Shown here: piece by piece, positions 9,741 through 19,351 of the stretch
How the letters are laid out: every line of letters begins with the position of its first letter
Numbering within the stretch: the stretch's first letter is position 1
Assembly (NCBI GenBank): GCA_041178065.1
Contig: JBEGWB010000155.1
Coordinates: 1,497-65,496 of the forward strand
Direction of reading: 5' to 3'
From: Pseudomonadota bacterium
Lineage (GTDB): Bacteria; Pseudomonadota; Gammaproteobacteria; Pseudomonadales; Pseudohongiellaceae
DNA: 64,000 nucleotides
Translations under genes and position numbers: made by a program
The notes under the pieces: model-generated
Told to the model about the DNA's origin: nothing
Database searches by the model: none
What the model saw: only the letters and a program-made list of their open reading frames with translations

Positions 9741-10205
9741 TCAAGCCTTCGCTACTTCGGGTGTAGTGCCGGCGAGATCGTGAATCGCCGCACGGATACG
9801 CGCATAAGTACCGCAGCGGCAGAGGTTGCTCATCGCGGCATCGATATCGGCGTCATTGGGCTGCGGAATCTTCTGCAGCAGCGAGGCCGCGGCCATGATC
9901 TGCCCGCTCTGGCAGTAGCCGCACTGCGGCACCTGGTGCCTGATCCAGGCTTCCTGCACCGGATGCGCGACGTTTTGCGCGAGGCCTTCGATAGTCGTGA
10001 TGCGTTTGCCCACGGCGGCGGAAACTGGCAGTACGCAGGAGCGCACTGGTTCGCCGTCGATGTGCACCGTGCACGCGCCGCATTGCGCAATGCCACAGGA
10101 GTACTTGGTACCCTTCATGTCGAGGACGTCGCGGATCACCCACAGCAGCGGCATCTCGGCTTCGACATCGACTTCATGCGTTTGATCGTTGATGAGTAGT
10201 TCCAT
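9741..10205 (-). CDS. (2Fe-2S)-binding small subunit (IorA-like)
   Basis: Cys motifs [20 protein letters not shown] and CRCGTY, typical of the two [2Fe-2S] clusters in the XDH/CoxS family. 154 aa. Confidence 0.85.
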   Translation of the reverse strand: MELLINDQTHEVDVEAEMPLLWVIRDVLDMKGTKYSCGIAQCGACTVHIDGEPVRSCVLPVSAAVGKRITTIEGLAQNVAHPVQEAWIRHQVPQCGYCQSGQIMAAASLLQKIPQPNDADIDAAMSNLCRCGTYARIRAAIHDLAGTTPEVAKA

Positions 10206-10537
10206 GGCAAGTCTCCGGCGGGGTTCAGGTCAAGGCGGGGTTTGTGCCTACTGTATGCCAACGGCGGCGATGTGTCAGCATGTGGCGGGCCAGGGAACAG
10301 GTACACGCAGGACTGGAAGTTGGCGCCTACTGCCGGGCTATCGTGAAACATAGCTCGGTTATACCGAGAGCCCTACGATGATTGGAGGTCCACCTGTGCG
10401 CGGTCCTCGGGTAATACCCCGATTGTTGCAACGGAAACTCTGTGGCGTGGAACCTTCTCCTGCAGCCTCGGTCCTCCTCAATGGGAATTTAATATTCCAC
10501 CGCCTGGCATCTGCCACGCGGAGTCAAGGAGGCTGCA

Positions 10538-11143
10538 ATGAAATTCGAAGTACCGCCCTTACCGTATCCCCGGGATGCGCTGGAACCGGCGATGAGCCGC
10601 AACACGCTGGAGTTCCACTACGAGAAACACCACAAGGGTTACATGGCAAAACTGAAAGCCGCGCTCGAGGGCACCCCTGACGAAAGCAAGTCGCTCGAAG
10701 AGATCGTGCGTTCGTCGCGCGGCTCCGTCTTCAACAATGCGGCGCAGGTGTGCAATCACACCTTCTTCTGGAAAAGCATGAAACCGGGCGGCGGTGGCGT
10801 GCCGCCGTCCGGTCCACTACTCGACATGGTCAACGAGGATTTCGGTGGCTGGGATGGCTTGCGCAAGCAACTGATCCAGAGCGGCGTGGATCGTTTCGGT
10901 TCGGGCTACGTATGGCTCGTGCTGAAAGGTTCGCACCTGAAAGTGCTGAGCACCGGCAACGCGGAGACTCCGCTGATCACCAGCGCCAAGCCACTGTTGA
11001 CCTGCGACCTGTGGGAACACGCGTACTACCTCGACTATCAGAACCGGCGCGACACGTTCCTGGAGACGTTCTGCGACAAGCTGGTCAACTGGGACTTCGC
11101 GCTGAAGAACCTGAACGAATCACGCGTGCAGCAGGTAGTCTGA
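10538..11143 (+). CDS. sodB: Superoxide dismutase [Fe]
   Basis: LPYPRDALEP, EFHYEKHHKGY, NNAAQVCNHTFFW and DLWEHAYYLDYQNRR. RBS AGGAGG. Confidence 0.9.
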   Translation: MKFEVPPLPYPRDALEPAMSRNTLEFHYEKHHKGYMAKLKAALEGTPDESKSLEEIVRSSRGSVFNNAAQVCNHTFFWKSMKPGGGGVPPSGPLLDMVNEDFGGWDGLRKQLIQSGVDRFGSGYVWLVLKGSHLKVLSTGNAETPLITSAKPLLTCDLWEHAYYLDYQNRRDTFLETFCDKLVNWDFALKNLNESRVQQVV

Positions 11144-11270
11144 TCCTGAGGCCTCGAGGGCAGACGACTCACTGTTCATTTGTTCAACAGCCAGGGGGCG
11201 TCCACCGGGCCTGTTCCCCGCGTCTTCAGTCAGTGTAACCTCCAGTACTCACACGGGAGGAAGCCGGGCA

Positions 11271-12662
11271 ATGGACACTCGCAAGGAAACCGACAGTCTC
11301 GGCAGCATCGATGTACCACGCGCGGTGCTGTGGGGAGCGCAAACCCAGCGCTCGCTGCAAAACTTTGCAATCGGCATCGCCTTGCCGGGCAGGCAACAGT
11401 TTCCGCTGCGTTTCATCCACGCGTTTGCGCTCGTCAAGAAAGCAGCGGCGCAGGCGAATAACGAACTGGGGCTGCTGTCCGCAAAACTCTGCGACCTCAT
11501 CACGCAGGCCTGCGACGAAATTGCGCAGGGCAAGCATGACGATCAGTTCCCGCTCGTCGTCTGGCAAACCGGCAGCGGCACGCAAACCAACATGAACCTC
11601 AACGAAGTCATTGCCAATCGTGCCAACGAGCTCGCGGGCCATGCGCGTGGGGGCAAGTCGCCGGTGCATCCCAATGACCACGTCAACCTGTCGCAGTCAT
11701 CCAACGATGTGTTTCCGACGGTGATGCACGTCGTCGTCGCCGCGTCGCTGGGTGACAAGCTGCTGCCGGCGCTTGAATACCTGCAGCAGTCGCTCGCGGA
11801 GAAAGCACTCGAGTTCGCCACGCTAATGAAGACCGGGCGCACGCACATGATGGATGCGACGCCAATCGCGCTCGGTCAGGAATTCAGCGGCTACCACCAG
11901 CAGGTCGACTATGCGCGCAGGCAGATTCTGGCCGTGTTGCCTGAGGTGCAGGCACTCGCGATCGGCGGCAGCGCAGTCGGCACCGGCCTCAACACGCCGC
12001 CGTACTGGACCGAAACCGTCACGCGCAACATCGCGACATTGACCGACATTCCCTTCACGTCGGCGCCGAACAAGTTCATGGCGCTCGCGGCGCATGACGT
12101 ACTCGCCGATCTCAGCGGTCGCGTGCGCGTGCTTGCCACTGCCTTGCTGAAAATCGGTAACGACCTGCGGCTGATGGCCAGCGGTCCACGCTGCGGTCTC
12201 GCGGAAATACGGCTACCGGAAAACGAGCCGGGCAGTTCGATCATGCCTGGCAAGGTCAACCCGACGCAGATCGAAGCGCTGACAATGGTGGCGATCCAGG
12301 CGATGGGTAACGACGCCGCTGTCGCGATCGCGAACAGCCAGGGCCAGTTCGAACTGAATGTCTACAAACCGCTGATCTTCCGCAACGTGTACGAGTCCAT
12401 CGAGTTGTTGAGTGACGCTATTGAGGGTTTTACCCGGCAATGTTTGCGGGGAATCGAGGCCAATGCGCAGCGCCTTTCCCGCTATGCTGAATTGTCACTG
12501 ATGCGCGCCGCCGAGCTAACGCCATTTATCGGCTACGATCTCGCCGCCAAAAGCGCGCAACTGGCTCACGAACAGGAAATCTCCCTCAAGCAGGCGGTGC
12601 TGCAGTTGGGCGCGATGACTGAAGCCGAATTCGACAAGGCAATCAATCCGAAACCAGCATAG
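11271..12662 (+). CDS. fumC: Class II fumarate hydratase
   Basis: 463 aa. Signature GSSIMPGKVNPTQ and N-terminal DSLGSIDVP pattern. RBS GGGAGGA. Confidence 0.92.
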   Translation: MDTRKETDSLGSIDVPRAVLWGAQTQRSLQNFAIGIALPGRQQFPLRFIHAFALVKKAAAQANNELGLLSAKLCDLITQACDEIAQGKHDDQFPLVVWQTGSGTQTNMNLNEVIANRANELAGHARGGKSPVHPNDHVNLSQSSNDVFPTVMHVVVAASLGDKLLPALEYLQQSLAEKALEFATLMKTGRTHMMDATPIALGQEFSGYHQQVDYARRQILAVLPEVQALAIGGSAVGTGLNTPPYWTETVTRNIATLTDIPFTSAPNKFMALAAHDVLADLSGRVRVLATALLKIGNDLRLMASGPRCGLAEIRLPENEPGSSIMPGKVNPTQIEALTMVAIQAMGNDAAVAIANSQGQFELNVYKPLIFRNVYESIELLSDAIEGFTRQCLRGIEANAQRLSRYAELSLMRAAELTPFIGYDLAAKSAQLAHEQEISLKQAVLQLGAMTEAEFDKAINPKPA

Positions 12663-12691
12663 CTTGCATCCGGCAAGCTGGAGGAAGGGAT

Positions 12692-13315
12692 ATGGCGATT
12701 TCGAAAACCTTAAAGAATGCCGACGACGACAAGCCCCTTAAGACCATCCGCGAAGCCATCGGCATTTTCCACAACGCAGACACGCTGCACGCCGCGATCG
12801 ACGAACTGATCGCCGCCGGTTTCACGACCGACGAGCTCGGACTCCTCGCCAGCGAACAGGTCGTCGAAAATTCCCTCGGCGACCTCTATGAGCGCACCAA
12901 CGACAATCCCGAATCCACAGATGCGCCCGCGATTGCCTTCGTGCGTCGCGATACGCTCGGTGAAACGGCGCGTACGCATTTCGCCAGCCTTTTCTTCGTC
13001 GGTACCGGCGGCGTCATGGGCGGGCTCATCGCGACGGCTGCTGTCGTCGCCAGTCCCTTGCTGGTTGCGCTTGGCGCGGTCGTTGGTGTCGGTATGGTCG
13101 GTGCGGCCGCGGCCGCCTTCATTCACCAGAGCGACGCCGAATACCTGCAGCAGCAGGTCGATGAAGGCCAGATCCTGTTGTTCGTGCGCATCGATGACGC
13201 ACGCGGCCAGCAGGCCATGAACATCCTGAAGCGCCACAGCGGGCTCGACGTGAAGATGTACGAAGTTCCTGTCACGACTGAAGCGCCCAATTCGGCGCGC
13301 GCCATCAATACCTGA
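12692..13315 (+). CDS. Hypothetical protein with a central Gly/Ala-rich hydrophobic segment
   Basis: RBS GGAGGA. 207 aa. Hydrophobic stretch FFVGTGGVMGGLIATAAVVASPLLVALGAVVGVGMVGAAAAAF. No family recognised. Confidence 0.5.
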   Translation: MAISKTLKNADDDKPLKTIREAIGIFHNADTLHAAIDELIAAGFTTDELGLLASEQVVENSLGDLYERTNDNPESTDAPAIAFVRRDTLGETARTHFASLFFVGTGGVMGGLIATAAVVASPLLVALGAVVGVGMVGAAAAAFIHQSDAEYLQQQVDEGQILLFVRIDDARGQQAMNILKRHSGLDVKMYEVPVTTEAPNSARAINT

Positions 13316-13355
13316 ATGTCAGCCAGCGCTTGTATGCATCAGAGTGTTGGCTACC

Positions 13356-13427
13356 CCCGAGATTCTTCATGTGCCCGAGATTTTTCATGCCCCCGAGGTT
13401 TTTCATGCACCCGAGGTTTTTCATGCA
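13356..13427 (+). repeat. Four tandem 18-bp repeats (CCCGAGRTTYTTCATGNN) just upstream of and in frame with sodC
   Basis: Units at 13356-13373, 13374-13391, 13392-13409 and 13410-13427. Units 3 and 4 are identical (CCCGAGGTTTTTCATGCA). Each unit carries an ATG; units 3 and 4 have GAGG 6 nt before it, units 1 and 2 have GAGA. Confidence 0.95.
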
Positions 13428-14001
13428 AATGAAGCGACAGGTCCCACTGCTATTTGCCACGCTCTTTTTGCCCGGCATGGCCGGCGCCGCCAGCGACGCG
13501 CAGCTGATCGTCCAGATGAACAGGGTGACCGATGCCGGTGTCACCGAGCCGCTTGGCGAGATCCTCATCGTCGACGTGGCGCATGGCGTCGAACTGCGGC
13601 CCGCGCTGACCGGGCTCGCGCCGGGCCAGCATGGTTTTCATGTGCATGAGTTCGGCAGCTGTGATCCCGGCATCGATGAGTCGGGAAAGGCGGTAGCCGC
13701 GCATTCGGCCGGCGAACACTACGATCCCGATGGCGCCGACCAGCATGGCTCGCCACTGGCCAACGATGGCCACAAGGGCGACTTGCCGATACTGAACGTC
13801 GGCGCCGACGGTCGCGCCACGATAGTCATGCAAGCCTCGCGTCTTCGCATCGACGACCTTGCGGGACGCGCGCTGATCATCCATGCCGGCGGCGACAATT
13901 TCACTGACGTACCGCCCAACGGTGGCGGTGGCGCACGCGTCGCCTGCGGCGTGATTCCGGGCCAGCCCGAAGCCTTGCCGTTGCCACAGTCCGCGCAGTA
14001 G
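13423..14001 (+). CDS. sodC: Periplasmic superoxide dismutase [Cu-Zn]
   Basis: Signal peptide MKRQVPLLFATLFLPGMAGAAS. HGFHVHEFGSC, GHKGDLP and HAGGDN...GGGGARVACGVI. The start is ambiguous among in-frame ATGs at 13369, 13387, 13405, 13423 and 13429. Confidence 0.9.
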   Translation: MQMKRQVPLLFATLFLPGMAGAASDAQLIVQMNRVTDAGVTEPLGEILIVDVAHGVELRPALTGLAPGQHGFHVHEFGSCDPGIDESGKAVAAHSAGEHYDPDGADQHGSPLANDGHKGDLPILNVGADGRATIVMQASRLRIDDLAGRALIIHAGGDNFTDVPPNGGGGARVACGVIPGQPEALPLPQSAQ

Positions 14002-14014
14002 TGTTGAAACTGGA

Positions 14015-14050
14015 CAGGCCGCGCTGATCCTTGTCGATCAGCGCAGCCTG
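14015..14050. terminator. Hairpin between convergent sodC and the katE operon
   Basis: CAGGCCGCGCTGATC-cttgtc-GATCAGCGCAGCCTG, imperfect with one mismatch. No strong T-run. Confidence 0.4.
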
Positions 14051-14104
14051 TTGCGACAGGCAACCCTGGCGCAGCGAGCGTTCCTCGACGCGTCCGGGCA
14101 CTGG

Positions 14105-14689
14105 TCAGCGACTCTTCTCCGCCTTCGCCGCAGCCAGTGCCGACGTCACATGTTGTTCCTCTTCCGGCGGCGGCAACATCGCTTCGAGGCCAAGGGCCTG
14201 TAACCACAGCTCACGGCACCAGCCCCTGGTGTGGTACAGATGTTCGTCTTCTTCATCTTCGACCTGCTCGTAAGCCTGTTGCAGCGCCGCGCCCTGTTCG
14301 GGCGGCAGCGCCTTGGCGCATTTGCCCATCAGGTGCCAGTTCATGTGGTCCTTGGTTTCGGCATGCACGACGCATTCGCAGGCCACCAGCTCGGCCGCGG
14401 TCGGATCGTTTGCGGCGAGCGCCATCTTCATGGCGATGACGAGGGACTTGCCGTTGTGCTCGACGATCTTGCGTCCCGGCGTGATTTCGCCGGGATCCAG
14501 TCCAAGCGACTCGCACACGGTCGTCATGACGAGCACGTGGTTTTCTGTCTGCGCCAGATACTTCTCCCACTCTTCACGCAGGTCCTCGTTGAGCACGCAC
14601 TCGAGCGCAGTGCGGTATACCAAAACTCCGCCGCGTTCATGTTCGAGCGCCTGCAGTAGAAGTTCTTTCACTTGCGGGGCTAGTTTCAT
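14105..14689 (-). CDS. Hypothetical all-helical protein, possibly a ferritin-like four-helix bundle, co-transcribed with katE
   Basis: Starts 26 nt after the katE stop. RBS GGGAGA. Several E/H-rich helices (ALEHERGG, AQTENH, HAETKDH). Family not recognised. Confidence 0.45.
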   Translation of the reverse strand: MKLAPQVKELLLQALEHERGGVLVYRTALECVLNEDLREEWEKYLAQTENHVLVMTTVCESLGLDPGEITPGRKIVEHNGKSLVIAMKMALAANDPTAAELVACECVVHAETKDHMNWHLMGKCAKALPPEQGAALQQAYEQVEDEEDEHLYHTRGWCRELWLQALGLEAMLPPPEEEQHVTSALAAAKAEKSR

Positions 14690-14715
14690 TGCGATGTCTC
14701 CCTTGTCAGCTGCGT

Positions 14716-17169
14716 CTATACGACCGGCGGATCGGTTTCGCGTGCAAAGTGCCGGTGCATCGAGATGGCCTCCGCGAATGCGGCAAATGCGCCATCGCCT
14801 TCCTCCGCCGCAAATTGCAGCAGGCCGGGATCCGCTTCACCGTCGGGCAGGGCGGGTGGTATGCCCGCCTTGTCGAGCAGCGCAGTCGCGGCGCCCAGCA
14901 GCAGAATTGGCTTGCAATGCCGGTACTGGTCCTTGAGGAATTCGATTGCGTGGCCGCTGTGCGACAGCGCCTGCACGCCGGCCTCTCCGTCCGGCAGCAC
15001 GAGCGCGTCGTACAGCACGGACGGGCCCGCCTCGAGGGAAATCTCGACTTCAATCGGCTCACCATCGCCGGTCGTGACCGGGCCCAGCTTGATGCCAACA
15101 AAGCGTGGCACTGCGCCTTCCGCGGCAAGCTGCTGATGCAGATTGAGAAGACTCTGTCCCGCAACTCCATCGGCAACCATGACGGCAATCCGCCGTGCCT
15201 GGATTCCGGTTTCACCGGGCCGCGCGAACAGCGACAGTGCTGGCGACTCCGTGACTTCCGGTTTCGGCGCCCGTGGCAATACGCGCGGCAATGGGTCGGG
15301 CAGTTCCATGCCGAGTCCGTCGGCGACGCCCTGCGCCAGTTCCTCGGCGACGTTGCGCAAGCCGGCGACCATGCGGCGCCTGATCGCAACGGTTTGCACT
15401 TTCGTCAGCTCGAAGCGGAAGGCGCGGATGATGTGTTGCTTCTCGACATCGGTCTGGCTGTTCCAGAACAGCGTGGCCTGGTTGTAATGCTCGGCGAACT
15501 TCTCGGGCTTGCCGCGTACCTTGTGTTCTTCGGTTTGCTCCGGGAAGGACATGAAGCCTTTGGTACCCGCCTGGAACGGGCAGCCACCGGCCAGCGAGTT
15601 TGGCTCGTAGGCCACGCGTCCGCGCGGAATCGCCTGGCGATGGAAGCCGTCGCGCTGGTTGTTATGCACCTGGGCAACGGACGCGTTGATCGGAATTTCA
15701 TGGAAGTTGGGACCGCCGAGCCGCGTGATCTGCGTGTCGACGTAGGAATGAATGCGCCCCGCAAGCAAGGGATCGTTGCTGAAGTCGAGGCCAGGCACGA
15801 TATGCGCCGTGCAAAACGCAACCTGCTCGGTTTCCGCAAAGAAGTTGTCAGGATTGCGATTGAGCACCATGCGCCCGATCGGCCGCACAGGGATCAGCTC
15901 TTCCGGCACGATCTTCGTGGCGTCGAGTATGTCGAAGCTGAAATCCTCCGCCTGCTCCTCGGTGAACACCTGGATGCCGAGCTCGTACTCGGGATAGGCG
16001 CCGGCCTCGATCGCTTCCCACAGGTCGCGACGATGGAAGTCCGGATCCGCGCCGGAAATCTTCACGGCTTCGTCCCAGGCGAGCGAATGCGTGCCGGCCA
16101 GCGGTGTCCAGTGGAACTTGACGAACACTGACTTGCCGCCCTCGTTGATGAAACGGAAGCTGTGCACGCCAAATCCCTGCATCGTGCGATAGCTGCGCGG
16201 GATCGCGCGGTCGGACATCACCCACATCAGCATGTGCGTCGATTCCGGCATCAGCGAGACGAAATCCCAGAAAGTGTCGTGCGCCGACGCAGCCTGCGGC
16301 ATCGCGTGATGCGGTTCGGGTTTGACCGCGTGCACGAGATCGGGAAACTTCATCGCATCCTGGATGAAGAACACCGGGATGTTGTTGCCCACGAGGTCCC
16401 AGTTGCCTTCGTCAGTGTAGAACTTCACGGCGAAGCCACGCACGTCGCGTGCAGTGTCGGTGGAGCCACGTTCGCCGGCGACGGTCGAGAAACGCACGAA
16501 CACCGGCGTGCGCTTGCCAGCCTCGGCGAAGATCGACGCGCGCGTCAGCTCGCCCAGCGGCTCGTAACATTCGAAGTAGCCGTGCGCCGCCGAGCCGCGC
16601 GCATGCACGATGCGCTCGGGTATGCGTTCGTGGTCGAAGTGCGTGATCTTTTCGCGCAGGATGAAGTCTTCGAGCAGGCTTGGGCCGCGCAGCCCCGCCT
16701 TCAGTGAATTCTGGTTGTCGGCAATTGGCACGCCCTGGTTGGTCGTGAGCACGCGGCCGCTGGAATCGACCCGGACCCGATCCAGCGGACCATTGCCGGG
16801 GTTGAAACTCATCTGCGGATTGCCGCTGCCCGCTTTCTCCGACGCGTTCTCTTCAGACAGCGTGCTCGCGCCGACGATCGGATCCGGTGGATCCGCGGTC
16901 TGCCCCTCGGCCGGCATCATCGCAGCCGTGCCGTACTCGGAGGCTTTCGCCGCATTGTGCGGAAAGGCGTTCGCCAGCAGTTCCGTGCCCTCCATTTTCT
17001 GCGCGGCAAGGTCGGCGCTGCCGGATTCGCGATGCGTGGGACCACTCATCGTCGAGCGCGCTGATGTTGCGGTGTCGCTGCGGGCTTTGCCGCTTGTGCT
17101 GGCGGAAGGAGAGGACTTTTTCGAGGGGCGTTTTTCTGCCGATTTTGTCGGCGGTTTTTTTGCAGCCAT
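14716..17169 (-). CDS. katE: Large-subunit catalase (HPII type)
   Basis: [32 protein letters not shown] and [19 protein letters not shown]. Carries an extra C-terminal flavodoxin/DJ-1-like domain. 817 aa with a long Lys/Ser-rich N-terminus. Confidence 0.9.
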   Translation of the reverse strand: MAAKKPPTKSAEKRPSKKSSPSASTSGKARSDTATSARSTMSGPTHRESGSADLAAQKMEGTELLANAFPHNAAKASEYGTAAMMPAEGQTADPPDPIVGASTLSEENASEKAGSGNPQMSFNPGNGPLDRVRVDSSGRVLTTNQGVPIADNQNSLKAGLRGPSLLEDFILREKITHFDHERIPERIVHARGSAAHGYFECYEPLGELTRASIFAEAGKRTPVFVRFSTVAGERGSTDTARDVRGFAVKFYTDEGNWDLVGNNIPVFFIQDAMKFPDLVHAVKPEPHHAMPQAASAHDTFWDFVSLMPESTHMLMWVMSDRAIPRSYRTMQGFGVHSFRFINEGGKSVFVKFHWTPLAGTHSLAWDEAVKISGADPDFHRRDLWEAIEAGAYPEYELGIQVFTEEQAEDFSFDILDATKIVPEELIPVRPIGRMVLNRNPDNFFAETEQVAFCTAHIVPGLDFSNDPLLAGRIHSYVDTQITRLGGPNFHEIPINASVAQVHNNQRDGFHRQAIPRGRVAYEPNSLAGGCPFQAGTKGFMSFPEQTEEHKVRGKPEKFAEHYNQATLFWNSQTDVEKQHIIRAFRFELTKVQTVAIRRRMVAGLRNVAEELAQGVADGLGMELPDPLPRVLPRAPKPEVTESPALSLFARPGETGIQARRIAVMVADGVAGQSLLNLHQQLAAEGAVPRFVGIKLGPVTTGDGEPIEVEISLEAGPSVLYDALVLPDGEAGVQALSHSGHAIEFLKDQYRHCKPILLLGAATALLDKAGIPPALPDGEADPGLLQFAAEEGDGAFAAFAEAISMHRHFARETDPPVV

Positions 17170-17365
17170 GTGTGCCTCGGTCTGGAAGAGTATGGATGGG
17201 ATTCAGCGGAGGTCGTGCGAGCGCGCCGACATGCGTTCGACGTCAGGAGGAATACTGTAGGAGGACCGCGGTGATTGGCGTCGGGCATTACCCTGAAGCT
17301 CAGGGTGCGATGTCCCTGAGCCAATGCCGAAGCTCGACAGTCGAAGCACTGCCGCGAAAGCTGGT

Positions 17366-17384
17366 CCGGGCCATTGCGGCCCGG
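17366..17384 (-). terminator. Hairpin just downstream of the nitrate-reductase operon
   Basis: CCGGGCC-attgc-GGCCCGG, 4 nt after the stop at 17388. A second nested hairpin lies at 17284-17328 (GGCATT..GCTCAGGG-tgcgatgt-CCCTGAGC..AATGCC). Confidence 0.4.
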
Positions 17385-17387
17385 CGC

Positions 17388-19328
17388 TTAGTGATTCAGT
17401 CGCACGACGCCGACCTGCGGCAGTGCCGCGAGGCCAATATCGCGAGCATGCTCTTCAAAACCCTTGTTCTTCCAGAAGAAGGCGCCGGGCATCGTGGTCG
17501 GGATGACGAGCACGTAGAACAGCGCGCGACCGACGAGGCTCGTTATCAGCAGGCCGAGCATCAGCAGTGTCCAGGACATGAGGCTCAATACGAGCGTCGA
17601 GCTGAACATCGCCGCGAAGGCAAGCAGCAGGTTGAAGCCGAGCAGGGCGTTGCGCAGCACATAAGTTTTGCCGAAGGTGGTTGTCTGGATGTAGTGCGAA
17701 ACCGCGCCTTCATGTTCCTTGCCATCCATTGCAAGCGCATGTGCGCGCAGGCCGATTCCCTGCAACACCAGGCCGATGCACACGGCCGCGCCGCCAGCGG
17801 TCAGCACGGGCATGGCCTCGCCGCCGCGCGCGAGTTCGAGGATCACTCCGCCGCTGCCGATCAACGCGCCGCCGAGCGCGAGCGCCGAGCCGCAGAAATC
17901 CGTGGCGACCTGCCAGTGATCCCAGAAGGGGCGCGCCTTGATGCGGTAGCACTTGATCATGTAGTAGAGGCCGCCCGCGGCGCCGAGCAACGCAACCATG
18001 CCGAAGCCGTTGGCGATCGCCGTGGCGACGGCTGCCGACACGAGGTCCATGACTGCGGCGCCAAACAGCGCCGAGTACAAACCCTGGAAGATGCTGTTGC
18101 CCGGCAACGAGAACAGCAGGTGCAGTCCCAGCATGCCGATGAAGACCGCGATGCCAAAACCTTCGCGGCACACCGGCGAATAGCGCAGGTTGTTGAAGCC
18201 GCGGTAGAAGCGCAGCGGCTTGCCGAGGTGCGTTGTCGACATGAACATGCCGCCGGACACGAGCACGAAACTGGCGAGGCAGAGCAGCGCATAAGCCGGC
18301 GAGTTGCGCAGGCCGACCAGCACTTCGATCTTCAGCAGGCTGCCGACGAAAGCCAGCGCGAAGGCGCCGATCGCGGCCTGCGTGCCGAGCGTGAACAGTA
18401 CGAGTGGATTCTCGCGCGAGCTGAGGCGGCCGATATTCCACAGGCGCAGGCGTCCAGACTTCTGGTCGACGCGCGGTTTGTAGTTGCCGTTCGCGTCCTT
18501 GTGGTACTTCACCGGCATCGTGTCGGTACGCGTGACTTCTTCCGGCAACGTGCGCGTCTGCTGGAAGCGAATGTTCGGGTGCGTGATCGAGGGGTCGGGG
18601 AAGCCAGGGATCGTAACCTTGGCTTCCTCGCGGTTTTCCGGAATGTTCTCGATGACGCCGAAGTCGAGCGCGTTACCGAGACAGGCCGAGACGCAAGCGG
18701 GCTTCAAACCGACTTCCAGACGATCGACGCACATGTTGCATTTCGATACCTGGCCCTTGATCGGGTCGAGCTGCGGCGCGTTGTACGGACAAACCCAGGT
18801 GCAATAGCCGCAACCGAAACAGGTTTCAGGATCCTGCAGCACGGCGCCGTACTCGGTGTGCTTCGTGTAGGCATTTGTCGGGCAGCCCTTGAGGCACACC
18901 GGATCGTCGCAGTGGTTGCAGGCCATCGAGATGTTCATGCGCTTGTAGTCGGGATAGCAGCCGCCTTCGACGTAGCCGACGGAGCGAAAGGCGATGTGTC
19001 CCGGATTGTCGTTCTTCTCGCTGCACGCGGCTTCGCAGGCATGGCAACCGATGCAGTTGTCGGCGGTGAAAAAGAAGCCATGCTGCTTGTTGCGGTTCGG
19101 GTTGCAGCCGACTTCCGTATTACCGTTGATGAACAGCGGCTGGCCTTCGGCCCAGGTGGGGTTCAGCTGCAAGAGGTCGATCTTGTGGCCGTAGCGGTTC
19201 TCCGGCTGAATCTCCTTGTCGGACAGCAAGGCGTATGGCTGCTCTTCCGTGCGCATTTCCCACAGCGAACTGGCAGCTGGTGGCGTTACGGGGTCCTTGC
19301 GCGGATCGAATTCGACTACTTGATTCAT
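17388..19328 (-). CDS. Fusion of a 4x[4Fe-4S] DmsB-like ferredoxin domain with a DmsC/NrfD-like polytopic membrane anchor
   Basis: Cys clusters CIGCHACEAAC, CNHCDDPVCLKGCP, CFGCGYCTWVCP and CNMCVDRLEVGLKPACVSAC. These are followed by about 8 hydrophobic helices including HLGKPLRFYRGFNNLRYSPVCREG. Starts 23 nt after the catalytic subunit gene. Confidence 0.75.
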   Translation of the reverse strand: MNQVVEFDPRKDPVTPPAASSLWEMRTEEQPYALLSDKEIQPENRYGHKIDLLQLNPTWAEGQPLFINGNTEVGCNPNRNKQHGFFFTADNCIGCHACEAACSEKNDNPGHIAFRSVGYVEGGCYPDYKRMNISMACNHCDDPVCLKGCPTNAYTKHTEYGAVLQDPETCFGCGYCTWVCPYNAPQLDPIKGQVSKCNMCVDRLEVGLKPACVSACLGNALDFGVIENIPENREEAKVTIPGFPDPSITHPNIRFQQTRTLPEEVTRTDTMPVKYHKDANGNYKPRVDQKSGRLRLWNIGRLSSRENPLVLFTLGTQAAIGAFALAFVGSLLKIEVLVGLRNSPAYALLCLASFVLVSGGMFMSTTHLGKPLRFYRGFNNLRYSPVCREGFGIAVFIGMLGLHLLFSLPGNSIFQGLYSALFGAAVMDLVSAAVATAIANGFGMVALLGAAGGLYYMIKCYRIKARPFWDHWQVATDFCGSALALGGALIGSGGVILELARGGEAMPVLTAGGAAVCIGLVLQGIGLRAHALAMDGKEHEGAVSHYIQTTTFGKTYVLRNALLGFNLLLAFAAMFSSTLVLSLMSWTLLMLGLLITSLVGRALFYVLVIPTTMPGAFFWKNKGFEEHARDIGLAALPQVGVVRLNH

Positions 19329-19351
19329 ATGACCTGCTTCATTATCGACAA

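Noticed and set aside
13356-13427. Tandem 18-bp repeats considered as a CRISPR array or minisatellite in coding sequence
   Set aside because: The repeats abut with no spacers and are far shorter than CRISPR repeats. No cas genes are present. The signal peptide begins only after the repeats.
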